Source of the DNA: an uncultured delta proteobacterium
Lineage (GTDB): Bacteria > Myxococcota_A > Polyangia > Fen-1088
Reading direction: 5' to 3'
NCBI GenBank assembly: GCA_963767925.1
Contig: CAVYGB010000008.1
Span: 1,440,001 to 1,504,000 of the forward strand
DNA length: 64,000 bases
Shown here: one piece after another, positions 29,269 to 39,500 of the stretch
How positions within the stretch are numbered: the stretch's first letter is position 1
Layout of the letters: each line of letters opens with the position of its first letter
Made by a program: the position numbers and the translations under genes
Notes under the pieces: generated by a model
What the model was told of the DNA's origin: nothing
Database searches by the model: none
The model's input: only the letters and a program-made list of their open reading frames with translations

Positions 29269-30407
29269 GCCCGGATCGCTTCCGGACCATCCGGCGCATC
29301 GTCGGCATGGGGGTCTTCGGCCTGGTGGTGTTCCTCGTGGCCTTCATGATGGCCTTCCCCTACGATCGGGTAAAAGATCAGCTCGTCGCCCTCGCCGCCG
29401 CCCAGAACCTGGACATGGAAGTGGGCTCGACCGGCCCCACCCTCGGGATCGGGGTGGTCATGAAGGACATCACCCTGCGCACCCGGCCCGAAGCGGGCAA
29501 GAAGGGGAGCCTCATCTCGGTCGAGCGGGCCCGCATCGACGTCTCACCCCTGGCCCAGATCCGGGGCGAGCTGGCCTACAACCTGGACGTCCTGGCGCTC
29601 GACGGGCGCATCGAGGCCAGCGAACACGCCGAGAAGACCCGCAGCCGGACCCGGCTAGGGACCCGGGAGATCTCGCTGGCCCAGTTTCCGGGGGTGAAGG
29701 AGGCCATCAACCTCCCCCTGGCGGGCCGGCTGGATATGACCCTCGATCTCACCAAGCCGAACCACCGCAACGGCGAGGCCAGCGGGAGCCTCGACTGGTC
29801 CTGCGCCGGCTGCGCCATCGGCGACGGCAAGGAGAAGCTGAAGATCGCGAGCAACCCCCTGCTGGCCGAGGGGATGAGCTTCCCCCGCATGTCGCTGGGC
29901 GACTTCGCCGGCAAGGTGACCTTCCAGAAGGGGGTGGGGCGCCTGCAGGGCGTGCATTCCCGCTCCCCCGATGGGGAGCTGTTCGTCGAGGGGGAGATCC
30001 GGCTAGCCGATCCGGTGGGGTACTCGTATCTCGACCTCTACGTCCGCTTCAAGCTGTCGGAGGCGCTCCTCAAACGGGCGGACAAGCTCCAGATCCTGCT
30101 CCAGCTCGCCGAGGGCATGGGCAAGCGGAGCGATGGCTTCTACGGCTTTCGCCTCACGGGCTCGTTCGCCCGCCTGAACTCCCTGCAGTGGATGCAGAAC
30201 TCGCCTTTCCCCCCCGCGGGCGCCGGCTTCGGGAGCCGGGCCGAGGCGCCGGCCTCCCCGCCAGTCAAGCGCGCGCTGGCCGCCGCCGCCCGCAAGCTGC
30301 CCCCCCTGGAGGGTGGTGGCCCTCAGGTCGTCGATCCCCTGGCTCCTGCCGCCAACCGCCCCCGCTACGCCACCCAGCCCCGCGCGCTCGAGGCGGCCAC
30401 GCCCTGA
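29265..30407 (+). CDS. gspN: Type II secretion protein N
   Basis: N-terminal TM followed by FPYDRV, beta-rich body; last gene of the operon with ATGA overlap. Confidence 0.85.
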   Translation: MSPDRFRTIRRIVGMGVFGLVVFLVAFMMAFPYDRVKDQLVALAAAQNLDMEVGSTGPTLGIGVVMKDITLRTRPEAGKKGSLISVERARIDVSPLAQIRGELAYNLDVLALDGRIEASEHAEKTRSRTRLGTREISLAQFPGVKEAINLPLAGRLDMTLDLTKPNHRNGEASGSLDWSCAGCAIGDGKEKLKIASNPLLAEGMSFPRMSLGDFAGKVTFQKGVGRLQGVHSRSPDGELFVEGEIRLADPVGYSYLDLYVRFKLSEALLKRADKLQILLQLAEGMGKRSDGFYGFRLTGSFARLNSLQWMQNSPFPPAGAGFGSRAEAPASPPVKRALAAAARKLPPLEGGGPQVVDPLAPAANRPRYATQPRALEAATP

Positions 30408-30422
30408 GGGACCTCCACCCGT

Positions 30423-31436
30423 TCAGGGGACGAGGCCCATCCGCTTGACCCGATCGCAGAAGGTCGAGCGCGAGATCCCGAGCGCCTGAGCAGCCCGCCG
30501 CCGGCTGCCGCCGTGCTCGCGGAGGGCCCAGCCGAAGATGTGCCGCTCGATCTCCTGGTAGCTCCGGCCGTCCATGCACAGGTGGTCCGGGTCGTCGGGC
30601 GGGACGGGCTCCGCTCCGAACGGGGCCGGGCCCGGATACGTCTGGTCGTCGTCGAGGCAATCGTCATCGAGGCAATCTTGGAGCTCGAGCGCCTCGAGGT
30701 CGATGGCCCCGTCCCCCAGGAGGGCGGCCCGGCGGATGACGTTGCGAAGCTCGCGGACGTTGCCCGGCCAGTCGTAGGTCTGCAGCCGGATCTCCGCCTC
30801 GGCGGTCAGCCAGCGCGGACCAACCTCGGCCACCATTTCGGCGAGGAAACGCTGGGCCAGGGGCAAGATGTCGCCGGGCCGGTGGCGCAGCGGCGGCAGG
30901 CAGATCTCGAACCCCGACAGCCGGTGGTAGAGGTCGACCCGGAAGGTCCCCCCGTGGGCCTCGCTGTACAGATCCCGCAGCGTGAGGGCGACGACCCGCG
31001 TGCGGATGGCGATCTCGCCCCGCCCGCCCACCCGGCGCAGGCGGCCGGTCTCCAGCACCCGGAGCAGCTTTGGCTGGAGGGAAGGGGAGAGCTCGCCGAT
31101 CTCGTCGAGCACCAGGGTCCCCCCATCCGCCTCCTCGAACCAGCCGATGCGGCGGCCGGCCGCTCCGGTGAAGGCCCCCCGTTCGTGTCCGAACAGCTCG
31201 CTCTCCGCCAGCTCGCGGGAGAGGGCGCCGCAGTTCACCGCCACGTAGGGCCCGCTGGCGTGGGGGCCCAGGTCGTGCAGGATCCGGGCGATCAGCTCCT
31301 TGCCCGTCCCGGTCTCGCCCATGACGAGGACCGTGGCCCGGGTCGGGGCGATGCGCCGGGCCCGGTCCACGACCGCGAGCAAGCTGGGCTCGCGGCCGAG
31401 GACCGCCTTCACCGCCGGAGCGTCGATTTCCGACAT
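30423..31436 (-). CDS. sigma54 enhancer-binding protein with AAA+ and Fis HTH only (no sensory domain)
   Basis: [52 protein letters not shown]. Confidence 0.92.
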   Translation of the reverse strand: MSEIDAPAVKAVLGREPSLLAVVDRARRIAPTRATVLVMGETGTGKELIARILHDLGPHASGPYVAVNCGALSRELAESELFGHERGAFTGAAGRRIGWFEEADGGTLVLDEIGELSPSLQPKLLRVLETGRLRRVGGRGEIAIRTRVVALTLRDLYSEAHGGTFRVDLYHRLSGFEICLPPLRHRPGDILPLAQRFLAEMVAEVGPRWLTAEAEIRLQTYDWPGNVRELRNVIRRAALLGDGAIDLEALELQDCLDDDCLDDDQTYPGPAPFGAEPVPPDDPDHLCMDGRSYQEIERHIFGWALREHGGSRRRAAQALGISRSTFCDRVKRMGLVP

Positions 31437-31493
31437 GGCGCCGGTATCGGACCGACCCCGCTCCGGTTGCGGGCTATTCCCGCTCCGATCCGA

Positions 31494-31988
31494 TCAGGCG
31501 GCTGCCAGGCTCGGCTCTCGCAGCCAGGCCCGCGGACGCAGCTCCTGCTGCCCCGAGGCCTCCACCCGGAGGACCTTCTCCTCGAACGTCTCCCAGAGGT
31601 CGGGGAAGACCTCCCGATCGATCTGGAACAGGACCATGAAGAAGGGGGTGTGCCCCGGCGGGTTCTGCAGGATCGCCTCCACCTCGCGCCGGACGCCTCC
31701 CGACGAGAGGGTGCCCTTGAGCCGATAGGCTTGCGGGCCCACCGCCTCGACCGACTTCGTCTTGAAGTCGAACAGGTCCTTGCCCGGACGCGCCGGCCGG
31801 TTGCTGGTCACGTCGAAGAGGATCTGCACCGCCGAGGGACCCTGTTCGGCCGCGGTGAGAACGACCGGCATCCATTGCTCGAAACGCCCCGAGAGCAGCA
31901 GATCCGCCCCGGCGATTTGCAGCCGGACCGTCGCAGCCGTCCCGTCCACGGACCTGGGCGTCTCCTCGATTCGTTGCGTTTTCATCAC
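31494..31988 (-). CDS. Hypothetical protein, possibly YceI-like beta-barrel
   Basis: Beta-rich; FDFKTKSVE...YRLKGTL..GGVRREV and IDR resemble YceI motifs. Confidence 0.6.
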   Translation of the reverse strand: MMKTQRIEETPRSVDGTAATVRLQIAGADLLLSGRFEQWMPVVLTAAEQGPSAVQILFDVTSNRPARPGKDLFDFKTKSVEAVGPQAYRLKGTLSSGGVRREVEAILQNPPGHTPFFMVLFQIDREVFPDLWETFEEKVLRVEASGQQELRPRAWLREPSLAAA

Positions 31989-32057
31989 GAGATGACTGGA
32001 AGCACAGGGCTCGGGCCGTCAAGGAGGCCGGGCGCAATCCCCAGGCTGGCCGGCCAG

Positions 32058-33908
32058 TTACACCGGCAAACCCACCAGCTTCATGAGCGCCAGGGCGTTG
32101 CCGCGCGACACAACCCCCGGCCGCAGGCGGTAGTCGAAGCTGAGCCGGCCCTCCTCGATCACGTCCTCGAAGTGCACGTTTTTCGCGGCCGCTCGCAGGT
32201 CGTCCACGATGCGCGCGAGCGTCAGGTCGTGGGTGGTGACCAGCCCGATCGACCCCCGCGACACGAGGGCCTGCACGATGGCGGTGGCGCCGGCGAACCG
32301 ATCCTGAGAGTTGGTCCCGTGCAAGATCTCGTCGAGCAGGAACAGCGTGAGGGGCGACCGCTCGCTGAGGGCCACGATGCTCCGCAGCCGCTGGATCTCG
32401 GCGAAGAAGCGGGAGACCCCCGCCTGCAGCGAATCGACCGTGCGCAGGCTGGCCCCTACCCGCAGGTAAGAGAGCCGGGCCTGGGTGGCGACAACCGGCG
32501 CTCCCGCCAGCGCCATGACCGTCGCGGTGCCAACCGTGCGCAGCAGGGTGCTCTTGCCCGACATGTTCGATCCGGTGACGAGCCAGAGGCGGGTGGCGGG
32601 GTCGAGCCGGACATCGTTGGCCACCCGGGTGGCTCCAGGCAGGAGGGGATGGGCCAGATCGCGGCCCTCGAACAGAGGGCCCTCGCCGTCGGCGACGATC
32701 TCGGGGAACGGCTGCTCCGGGTGCTCGAAGGCGTAGGTGGCGAGCGAGGCGAGCGCCTCGAGCTCCCCGATGGTCTCCAGCCAGCCCGCCGCCGCCGCTC
32801 CGTGCCGGCTCCGCCAGGCCTCGATGGCGAAGGCGAGCTGGGTCGTCACGAGCAGGGGGGCCGAGAGGAGGGCGTAAAACGGGTTGCGGCGCGATTCGAA
32901 CCACTCCACCCGCCGGCCGAGGGCCAGCACGCGCTGCCGGGCGCTGACCCCCTGCGAGCGCAGGCTCTCCTGCAGGGCGAGCAGGCGCCGGCTGGCGAAG
33001 CGTTCGCGCTCGAGCAACCCGGCCAGGGCCGCCACCGCGGCCAGCTCATCGGCCCGGTGCTGGACGCCGGCGCCCACGTCCGCCACCAGCCGACGGTGGG
33101 GCTGGGTGAAGATGAGCTCGGCGAGCAGGATCCCGAGGGCCCAGAACACCTCGCCGGCGATCACCAGCGCGGCCAGGGCAGCCAGGGCAGCCGCCGCCAG
33201 CAGCGGCGCCAGCAGGCGGGCCCAGCGGCTGACCGGCCGGGCGGGGGTCGCCAGCCAGGCCCCCAGGACCTCGGTCCGGACCTCCAGGCTCATGGTGCCG
33301 GCCGCGCGCCAGAGCTCTTCGCGCAGGTCGGGACGGCCTCGCAGCTCGGCCACCGCCTCCTGGCGGAGTCGGATCTCGTCGGCCGGCGCCCCCTCGCACA
33401 GCCAGGCGGCCAGCCGGCGCTGGCCGGTCGAGGTGCGGGCGGTGCACAGCAGGGCGAACAGCGACTGGGGGCCGAAGATGTCCAGGTCGGCGGCGTAGGG
33501 GTGATCGGGTGGCTCGAAAGCGCGCCCGTCCGACACGACCGCCTCCCAGCTCCCGGCCAGTCGGGCCAGCCCTGCCTGGTAATACCGTTCGGCCTCGGTG
33601 GCCCGGGCGATGGCCCCCGCCGCCTTGCCCACCGCGACGGACAGGGCGACGACCAGGACCAGGGCCACCAGCACGGCCGCGGTCGATCCCCCACGCGCGC
33701 CACACCGCTCGTAGGCCGTGCCGGCCAGGAGCAGCAGGGCCCCCAGGCGGGCCCAGGCCACGATGTCGTGCACCCGCTGGGCCTTCCGGCGCGAGCGGCC
33801 CCAGCGGACGAGCCGCTCCTCGTAGGCGGGCCGAGGCGACGAAGGCGGCGCGGAAGGAGGTGAGGAAGGGGATGAGGAAGAGGGCGAAGGCAGGGCCGGC
33901 GACGACAT
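32058..33908 (-). CDS. MutS-related ATPase (MutS domain V) with N-terminal hydrophobic segments
   Basis: HPLL...VANDV, TGSNMSGKSTLLR, DSLQAGVSRFFAEI, LLDEILHGTNS, TTHD, FDYRLRPG. No mismatch-binding domain seen. Confidence 0.9.
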   Translation of the reverse strand: MSSPALPSPSSSSPSSPPSAPPSSPRPAYEERLVRWGRSRRKAQRVHDIVAWARLGALLLLAGTAYERCGARGGSTAAVLVALVLVVALSVAVGKAAGAIARATEAERYYQAGLARLAGSWEAVVSDGRAFEPPDHPYAADLDIFGPQSLFALLCTARTSTGQRRLAAWLCEGAPADEIRLRQEAVAELRGRPDLREELWRAAGTMSLEVRTEVLGAWLATPARPVSRWARLLAPLLAAAALAALAALVIAGEVFWALGILLAELIFTQPHRRLVADVGAGVQHRADELAAVAALAGLLERERFASRRLLALQESLRSQGVSARQRVLALGRRVEWFESRRNPFYALLSAPLLVTTQLAFAIEAWRSRHGAAAAGWLETIGELEALASLATYAFEHPEQPFPEIVADGEGPLFEGRDLAHPLLPGATRVANDVRLDPATRLWLVTGSNMSGKSTLLRTVGTATVMALAGAPVVATQARLSYLRVGASLRTVDSLQAGVSRFFAEIQRLRSIVALSERSPLTLFLLDEILHGTNSQDRFAGATAIVQALVSRGSIGLVTTHDLTLARIVDDLRAAAKNVHFEDVIEEGRLSFDYRLRPGVVSRGNALALMKLVGLPV

Positions 33909-33932
33909 CGCCGCCAGTTATATGCGAGATTG

Positions 33933-36533
33933 CTACTGGCAGACGCCGTTGCGGCAGGTGGTGCCACCGGCGCAGGCCTGGCCGCAGGCCCCGCAGTGGC
34001 TGTTGCCGGAGGCCAGGTTCACGCAGGACCCCGAGCACTCGGCCTGCCCGGCGGCGCAGGTCGAGCAGCAGCGGAAGCCCGCGTCCAGGAAGGAGTAGTC
34101 CTCGGCGAAGGCCAGGAGGCTCGAGTCGCAGCGGAGCGCCGGCTGGTAGTTGTTGAACGAGCCACCCCGCAGGATGAAGATCCGCTTGCCCCCCACGGTG
34201 CCGTTCTGCTGGCTGGTCCACTCGGCCACGTTGCCGCTCATGTCGAAGAGGGAGGTGCCGCCCACCGTGGTGCAGGTGGTCTCGCTGCCGCCGGCCACCG
34301 CCCCCGACCGGCCCTTCTCGGCGCCGTTGCACCGGTCCTCGTCGAACGCGCAGCCGTAGGGGAAGTAGTCGGCGGTGCAAGCCTGGCTCCCCTTGCAGCC
34401 GGCGGTCCACTCGGCGGCCGTGCACAGGCGCATGCCGATGCGCTCGCAAGCGGTCTGGGCCTGGCTCTGGTTGACCAGCGTCCAGGGGACCACCGCGGCC
34501 CGCGAGCAGGGGCGGGCCGAGCTGGCGCCTTGACCGCTACCGCTGGCGTCGACCCGGCTGGCCTCGTACCGGAAGATGTAGGAGGCCCCCACCTGGGCCA
34601 GGTCCTCCCGGACGCCGCGGCAGTCGAGGCCCGAACACTTGGTGAAGGCGGCCAGGTTGGGGTTGTCCCAGCTCTCGTCGATCAGCCCGTCGCAGTCGTT
34701 GTCCTTGCCGTCGCAGGTCTCGTGGGCGGGCGACTTCACAGCCACCCCCGTGAAGTCGCAGGCGGTGTCGGCCTGGACATTGGCCTGGCAGCGGTGGACG
34801 CCCTGGCGCCGGCACTCGCCCACCCCCGTGCTCTCCTCGCAGGTCGTTCCGGGGCGGTTGCTGGTGTGCTCATCGGTGGCCCCGTCGCAGTCGTTGTCCT
34901 TGGTGTCGCAGATCGACTCCTGGGTGACGATCTGGTTGGGGCTGCCCGCCACGGTCTGCACGGTGGCGGGATAGTTACAGATCCAGTCCGGGCGGGTGGC
35001 GCCGGAGGGGGTCGCGCAGACCGGGTAGCTGGCGGCGCTGCCATAGCGGGTCGACCCGCCCGGCCCCTTGCCACACTCGCCGAGCTGCGAGCAGAAGTTC
35101 GTGGTTGGGTACTGCAGGTCGGGATCGTCGGCGTCGGTCTTGCCGTCGCAGTCGTTGTCCCGGCCGTCGCAGACCTCGACCCCTTCGCTGGTGCAGGCGT
35201 ATTCACACCCGTCGGCGACGACCCCGTTGGCGTCGGCCCAGCCCTGGTCGCAGGGGCCCCGCCGGCAGGCCCCGCTCTGGCACAGGGCGATGGCGTTGGG
35301 GTATTCGCACCGGGTGCTGCAGCTCCCGCAGAAGCGGGGGTCGTTCTGCTTGTCGAACCCCTCGTCGGTGGTGCCGTCGCAGTCGTTGTCGGTGTTGTCG
35401 CAGGTCTCGTTGCTGGGGGTCGCCATGCCCTGGCAGGCGAGGCGGCCGGCGCTGCAGGTCCAGCTCCCCAGGCGGCAGGGGCTGGTGCAGGTGCCGGCGT
35501 TGACGTCACAGCCCGTGACCCCCACCGGGTAACAGCTCGTCCCCAGGAAGGGGTCCTCCTCGTCGGTGGTGCCGTCGCAGTCGTTGTCCTTGCCGTCACA
35601 TACCTCGGTCCCGGGCGTGCCCGCCCCCACGCAGAGCAGACCGCCGTTGATGCACATGCGGGTGCCCTGCCGGCACTCCCCCGAGCCGCCCGGCATGCCG
35701 CCGCAGGCCCCACCGGCGTCGCTGGTCACGCCGTCGATGGTGCCGTCGCAGTTGTTGTCCGCCCCGTCGCAGATCTCGACCCCGCCGTTGCTGGGCGAGC
35801 AGCGATATTCGCAGCCATCGCCGGCCTCCTCGTTGAGGTCGAGGTAACCGGCCTGGCACAGGCCCATCTGACAGGTGCCGCTCGCGCAGCTCGCCGCCGC
35901 CTGGAAGAAGCTGCAGCTCCGGAAGCAGCCCCCGCAGTGGGTGAGGTCGCTCGCGAAGTCGAAGTCCTCGTCGACAGTGCCGTCGCAGTCGTTGTCCGCC
36001 CCGTCGCAGATCTCGACCGCCCCGTTGGTGTAGAGACACTCGCAGCCGTTTTGCGGGTTGTGGTCGGCGTCGGCGTAGCCCTGGAAACAGGTGCCCAGCG
36101 CGCACTGGCCGGCCTGGCAGGCCGGGAAGGCGTGCACGAAGCTGCAGCTCCCCCCACACCGGCCACAGTTCGACGGATCGGTCTGGAGGTCGAAGCCGTC
36201 GTCGGCCACCCCGTCGCAGTCGTCGTCGAGCCCGTTGCAGATCTCGTCGCGGGGCAGGGGACAGGCCCCCCCGGTGCCGCCGGTCCCCTGGCCGCCGCTC
36301 CCGCCCGTCCCGGGGCCGCCGCCCGTGCCACCCGTGCCCCCGGTCCCCCCGTCGGGCCCGGCGCCGCCCGCGCCGCCGCTGCCGCCCGAGCCGCCGAGGT
36401 TGAAGCCGCCCGTGCCCCCGGTGCTCTGGCCCCCCTCTCCGCCCGAGCCGGTGGGGCTCTGACGGACCTCGATGCTCCGCACCTCGCAGGAGACCAGCAG
36501 GACCAGCGCCGCCGCCAGACCGGCGCGGCTCAT
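33933..36533 (-). CDS. Cys-rich lipoprotein: about 8 MopE-type repeats and a C-terminal FGE-sulfatase (SUMF1-type) domain
   Basis: Lipobox MSRAGLAAALVLLVSC, Gly-rich linker, repeats EVCDGKDNDCDG; FGE motifs IFRYEAS, RLCTAAEW, FDMSGNVAEW, RGGSF, GFRCC. Confidence 0.85.
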   Translation of the reverse strand: MSRAGLAAALVLLVSCEVRSIEVRQSPTGSGGEGGQSTGGTGGFNLGGSGGSGGAGGAGPDGGTGGTGGTGGGPGTGGSGGQGTGGTGGACPLPRDEICNGLDDDCDGVADDGFDLQTDPSNCGRCGGSCSFVHAFPACQAGQCALGTCFQGYADADHNPQNGCECLYTNGAVEICDGADNDCDGTVDEDFDFASDLTHCGGCFRSCSFFQAAASCASGTCQMGLCQAGYLDLNEEAGDGCEYRCSPSNGGVEICDGADNNCDGTIDGVTSDAGGACGGMPGGSGECRQGTRMCINGGLLCVGAGTPGTEVCDGKDNDCDGTTDEEDPFLGTSCYPVGVTGCDVNAGTCTSPCRLGSWTCSAGRLACQGMATPSNETCDNTDNDCDGTTDEGFDKQNDPRFCGSCSTRCEYPNAIALCQSGACRRGPCDQGWADANGVVADGCEYACTSEGVEVCDGRDNDCDGKTDADDPDLQYPTTNFCSQLGECGKGPGGSTRYGSAASYPVCATPSGATRPDWICNYPATVQTVAGSPNQIVTQESICDTKDNDCDGATDEHTSNRPGTTCEESTGVGECRRQGVHRCQANVQADTACDFTGVAVKSPAHETCDGKDNDCDGLIDESWDNPNLAAFTKCSGLDCRGVREDLAQVGASYIFRYEASRVDASGSGQGASSARPCSRAAVVPWTLVNQSQAQTACERIGMRLCTAAEWTAGCKGSQACTADYFPYGCAFDEDRCNGAEKGRSGAVAGGSETTCTTVGGTSLFDMSGNVAEWTSQQNGTVGGKRIFILRGGSFNNYQPALRCDSSLLAFAEDYSFLDAGFRCCSTCAAGQAECSGSCVNLASGNSHCGACGQACAGGTTCRNGVCQ

Positions 36534-39500
36534 CGGCGGGCACCCCCACGCAGCGCCCGGCGCCAGCGCCGCCACCTCCCCCGCAGGCCGGCCAGGCCGG
36601 CCAGGGCGAGCAGCCACCCTCCCGCCCCCGGCTCCACCCCTGGCGACCGCCCCAGATCGCAGGTGCAGCTCACCCCCCCGCCCGAGGCGGAGAACGTCTT
36701 CACCGCCCCCGAGACGGTCGGATCGAAGAAGCACTGGGCGGTCCCGCTCGGCGAGACCCGGCAGGTGTCGCCATACGGACAGCGCGTGACGAGGCAGGGA
36801 TCCTCCTCGCAGGCGCCCGACTCCTTGAGGCAGACCATCCCGATCATGCACTGGACGCCCTCGCAGCCCGAGGCCTTGCAGATCCCGTCGGCGGGATCGC
36901 AGTAGTCGCTCCCGTTGCAGGTGACGTTCGCGCAGGCGTCGCGCACGCAGGCCCCCTCCTCACAGCGCTGCCCGGACGGACAGGAGCTGGGGCAGGCCTT
37001 CACGCAGGCCCCCTCGCGGCAGTAGCTGCCGCCCTCGCAGCTCACCTGGTAGCAGGGGTCCGGCTCGCAGTCGTGGACCCGGCAGATCTCCCCGTCCTTG
37101 CAGTTGCGGCGGGTGTGGCAGTCGTGGCAGAGGCCCGCCTCGCAGGTGGTGCCCGATGGGCAGCTCACCGCCGCGCAGGGATCGGCGCAGACCCCCTCGG
37201 CGTTGCAGGTCTGGCCGGTCTGGCAGGGGTTGTCGGCGCAGGCCTTGCGCACGCAGTACCCCTCGCGGCACAGGCGGTCGGCGGGGCAGCGCTGCGTCTC
37301 CTCGAGCTTGCAGGCCGGCAGGCACTCCCCGGTCATGCAGGTGGCCCCGGCGGCGCACTCGGCGCCCGTGTCGACCACGCCGTCGCAGTCGTTGTCCTTG
37401 CCGTCGCAGATCTCGGGCTGGGGGCCGATCCCGCCCCGGCACTCCCAGCCACGCGCCCCGGCGCAGATGCGCTGGCCGGGCCGGCACTCCCCCAGCAAGG
37501 GGCCGGCGGGCACCCCGAGCGGCCGGCACTCCTCGCCCGTCCCGGGCAGGTTCTCGTCGACGCTGCCGTTGCAGTTGTTGTCCAGGCCATCGCAGACCTC
37601 GTCGCTGGGCCCGACCGGCGTGCAGACCAGGGTGCCCTCCACGCAGCGGGTGGTCCCCTGGCGGCACTCGCCGACCTGGCTGCCGCACAGGGCGCCCACC
37701 CCCGGCAGGGGGTCCTCGTCCACGAACCCGTCGCAGTCGTTGTCGTCGCCGTCGCAGACCTCGTCGCCGGGCGTTGCCGACCCGACGTTGCACACCGTCC
37801 CGGTCCCCACCGAGTTGCAGATCTTCTTGCCCACCTTGCGGCAGGCGCCCTGCACGCCGTTGTCGCACTCGGCGCCCACGTCGAACCCCTCGTCGGTCAT
37901 CCCGTCGCAGTCGTTGTCCTTGCCGTCGCAGACCTCGGCGCTGGGCGTGACCGCGTCCAGACAGCTCGGGGCGCCGGTGTTGACGTCGCAGACCAGCTTG
38001 CCCGTGCGACACTCCCCCACGCAGGTCCAGGTGCTGCCCGATCCGGTGCAGCCCACGACCCCCGCTGGATAACAGGAATCGTTGGGCGTGGGGTCGTTCT
38101 CGTCGACGAGGCCGTCGCAGTTGTTGTCCCTCTTGTCGCAGGGGACCTCGGCGATGGGGCTGATCGAGCCGAGGCAGACGCTCTGGTCCCAGCTCCCCAT
38201 CACGCAGGCCTGCAGCCCGGCCTGGCACTGGCCCTTGCAGTCGTAGCTGCGGGTGGCGGGGTTGTAGGTGCAGCCCATGAACCCGAGGGGGAAGCAGATG
38301 CGGGAGGCCAGGTCGTCGACGATGCCGTTGCAGTTGTCGTCGAGGTTGTTGCAGTCCTCCGCTTCGGGCCCGGTGGCTCCCTGGCAAACCAGGCTGGCGC
38401 CCCCCATCCCGTCCGACAGGCAGCTCGCCGTGCCCGGGCGGCAGATGCCGATGTCGAGGCCACAGCTCCCCATCGGGATGTCGTCGACCATGTTGTTGCA
38501 GTCGTCGTCCCGCCCGTTGCAGATCTCCGGCGTGCAGGCACAGGAGAGCCCCTCGTCGATCTGACCGTCGCAGTCGTCGTCGGCGCAGTCCTCGGGCGTG
38601 GGGGCGTTGCAGACCCCGGGCGCCACCCCACATTGCTCCATCACGCCGGTCCCCGGCGTCAGGGGGGTGGCCGGGCAGATGCTGGCCGCGGTCGACGAGC
38701 AGACGGTACCGTCTTCTCCGGAGTTGCAGGCGTAAACGCCGGTGCGCTTGCAGCGCCCCAGGCCCACGCTGCAGGTCAGCCCCTTGTCGGGAAAGGCGGT
38801 GGCCTCCTCGTCGCAGGTGCTGTCGCAGTCGCAGGCCGCCCGGGGCAGGGAGCGGGCCACGATGTCGGCCAGCGAGGCGGTCAACTCGGCCCGGTTGGCG
38901 GCGGCGTAGGCCTGGGTGGTGCCGCCCGCCGCCGCGATGGCGTTGAGCCGGGTGCGCTGGGACGAGGAGACGCCAAAGCCGATCACGTAGACGTTGACGC
39001 TGCTGGTGCCGTCCGGCGACCCGCCGATCTCGCAGCGCCCGTCGGTGGTGTCCCAGGTCCCCCCGTTGGTGCAGGTCCGCCGCAGGGCGGTCGCTGCCCC
39101 GGGAGGGTCGCCGCAGCAGGACTCGTCACCGTCGGTGAGCAGGATGACGTTGTATTGCCGGCACGATGCCCGCGCGTCGGAGAAGGCGTGGCCCGCCAGC
39201 AGGGGCCCCGACTGGGGGCCGGTCGAGCTGGTGGCGGTGGTGAGCCACTCCCGCATCGAGTCGAGCGAGCTGGCCAGGGGGGTGCCCAGGTCGGCGTGCA
39301 GCTCGGGATCGGGGTTGGAGATGGCGAAGGGCGGCGTCCCGTTGGTGCCGTTCATCCAGCGAAACATCTCCGAGTAGTTGCTGCCACCCGCCCCCGGGAA
39401 GGGGACCAGCACCTCGCCCGCCTTGCAGGCCGGGTGAAAGCAGCCCTGGCCGGCGGTGCAATTGGCCGCGGAGATCCCCCGGCACGCGGTGGAGCGGTAG

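Noticed and set aside
33933..34260. Possible diversity-generating retroelement target (C-terminal FGE/C-type lectin fold)
   Set aside because: I saw no reverse transcriptase and no second, adenine-variant copy of this region in the window. A remote DGR cannot be excluded.
33933..38700. Recurrent gtcgcagtcgttgtc motifs resembling a CRISPR array
   Set aside because: Spacing is irregular and the motif is in frame; it encodes DNDCD protein repeats. There are no cas genes.
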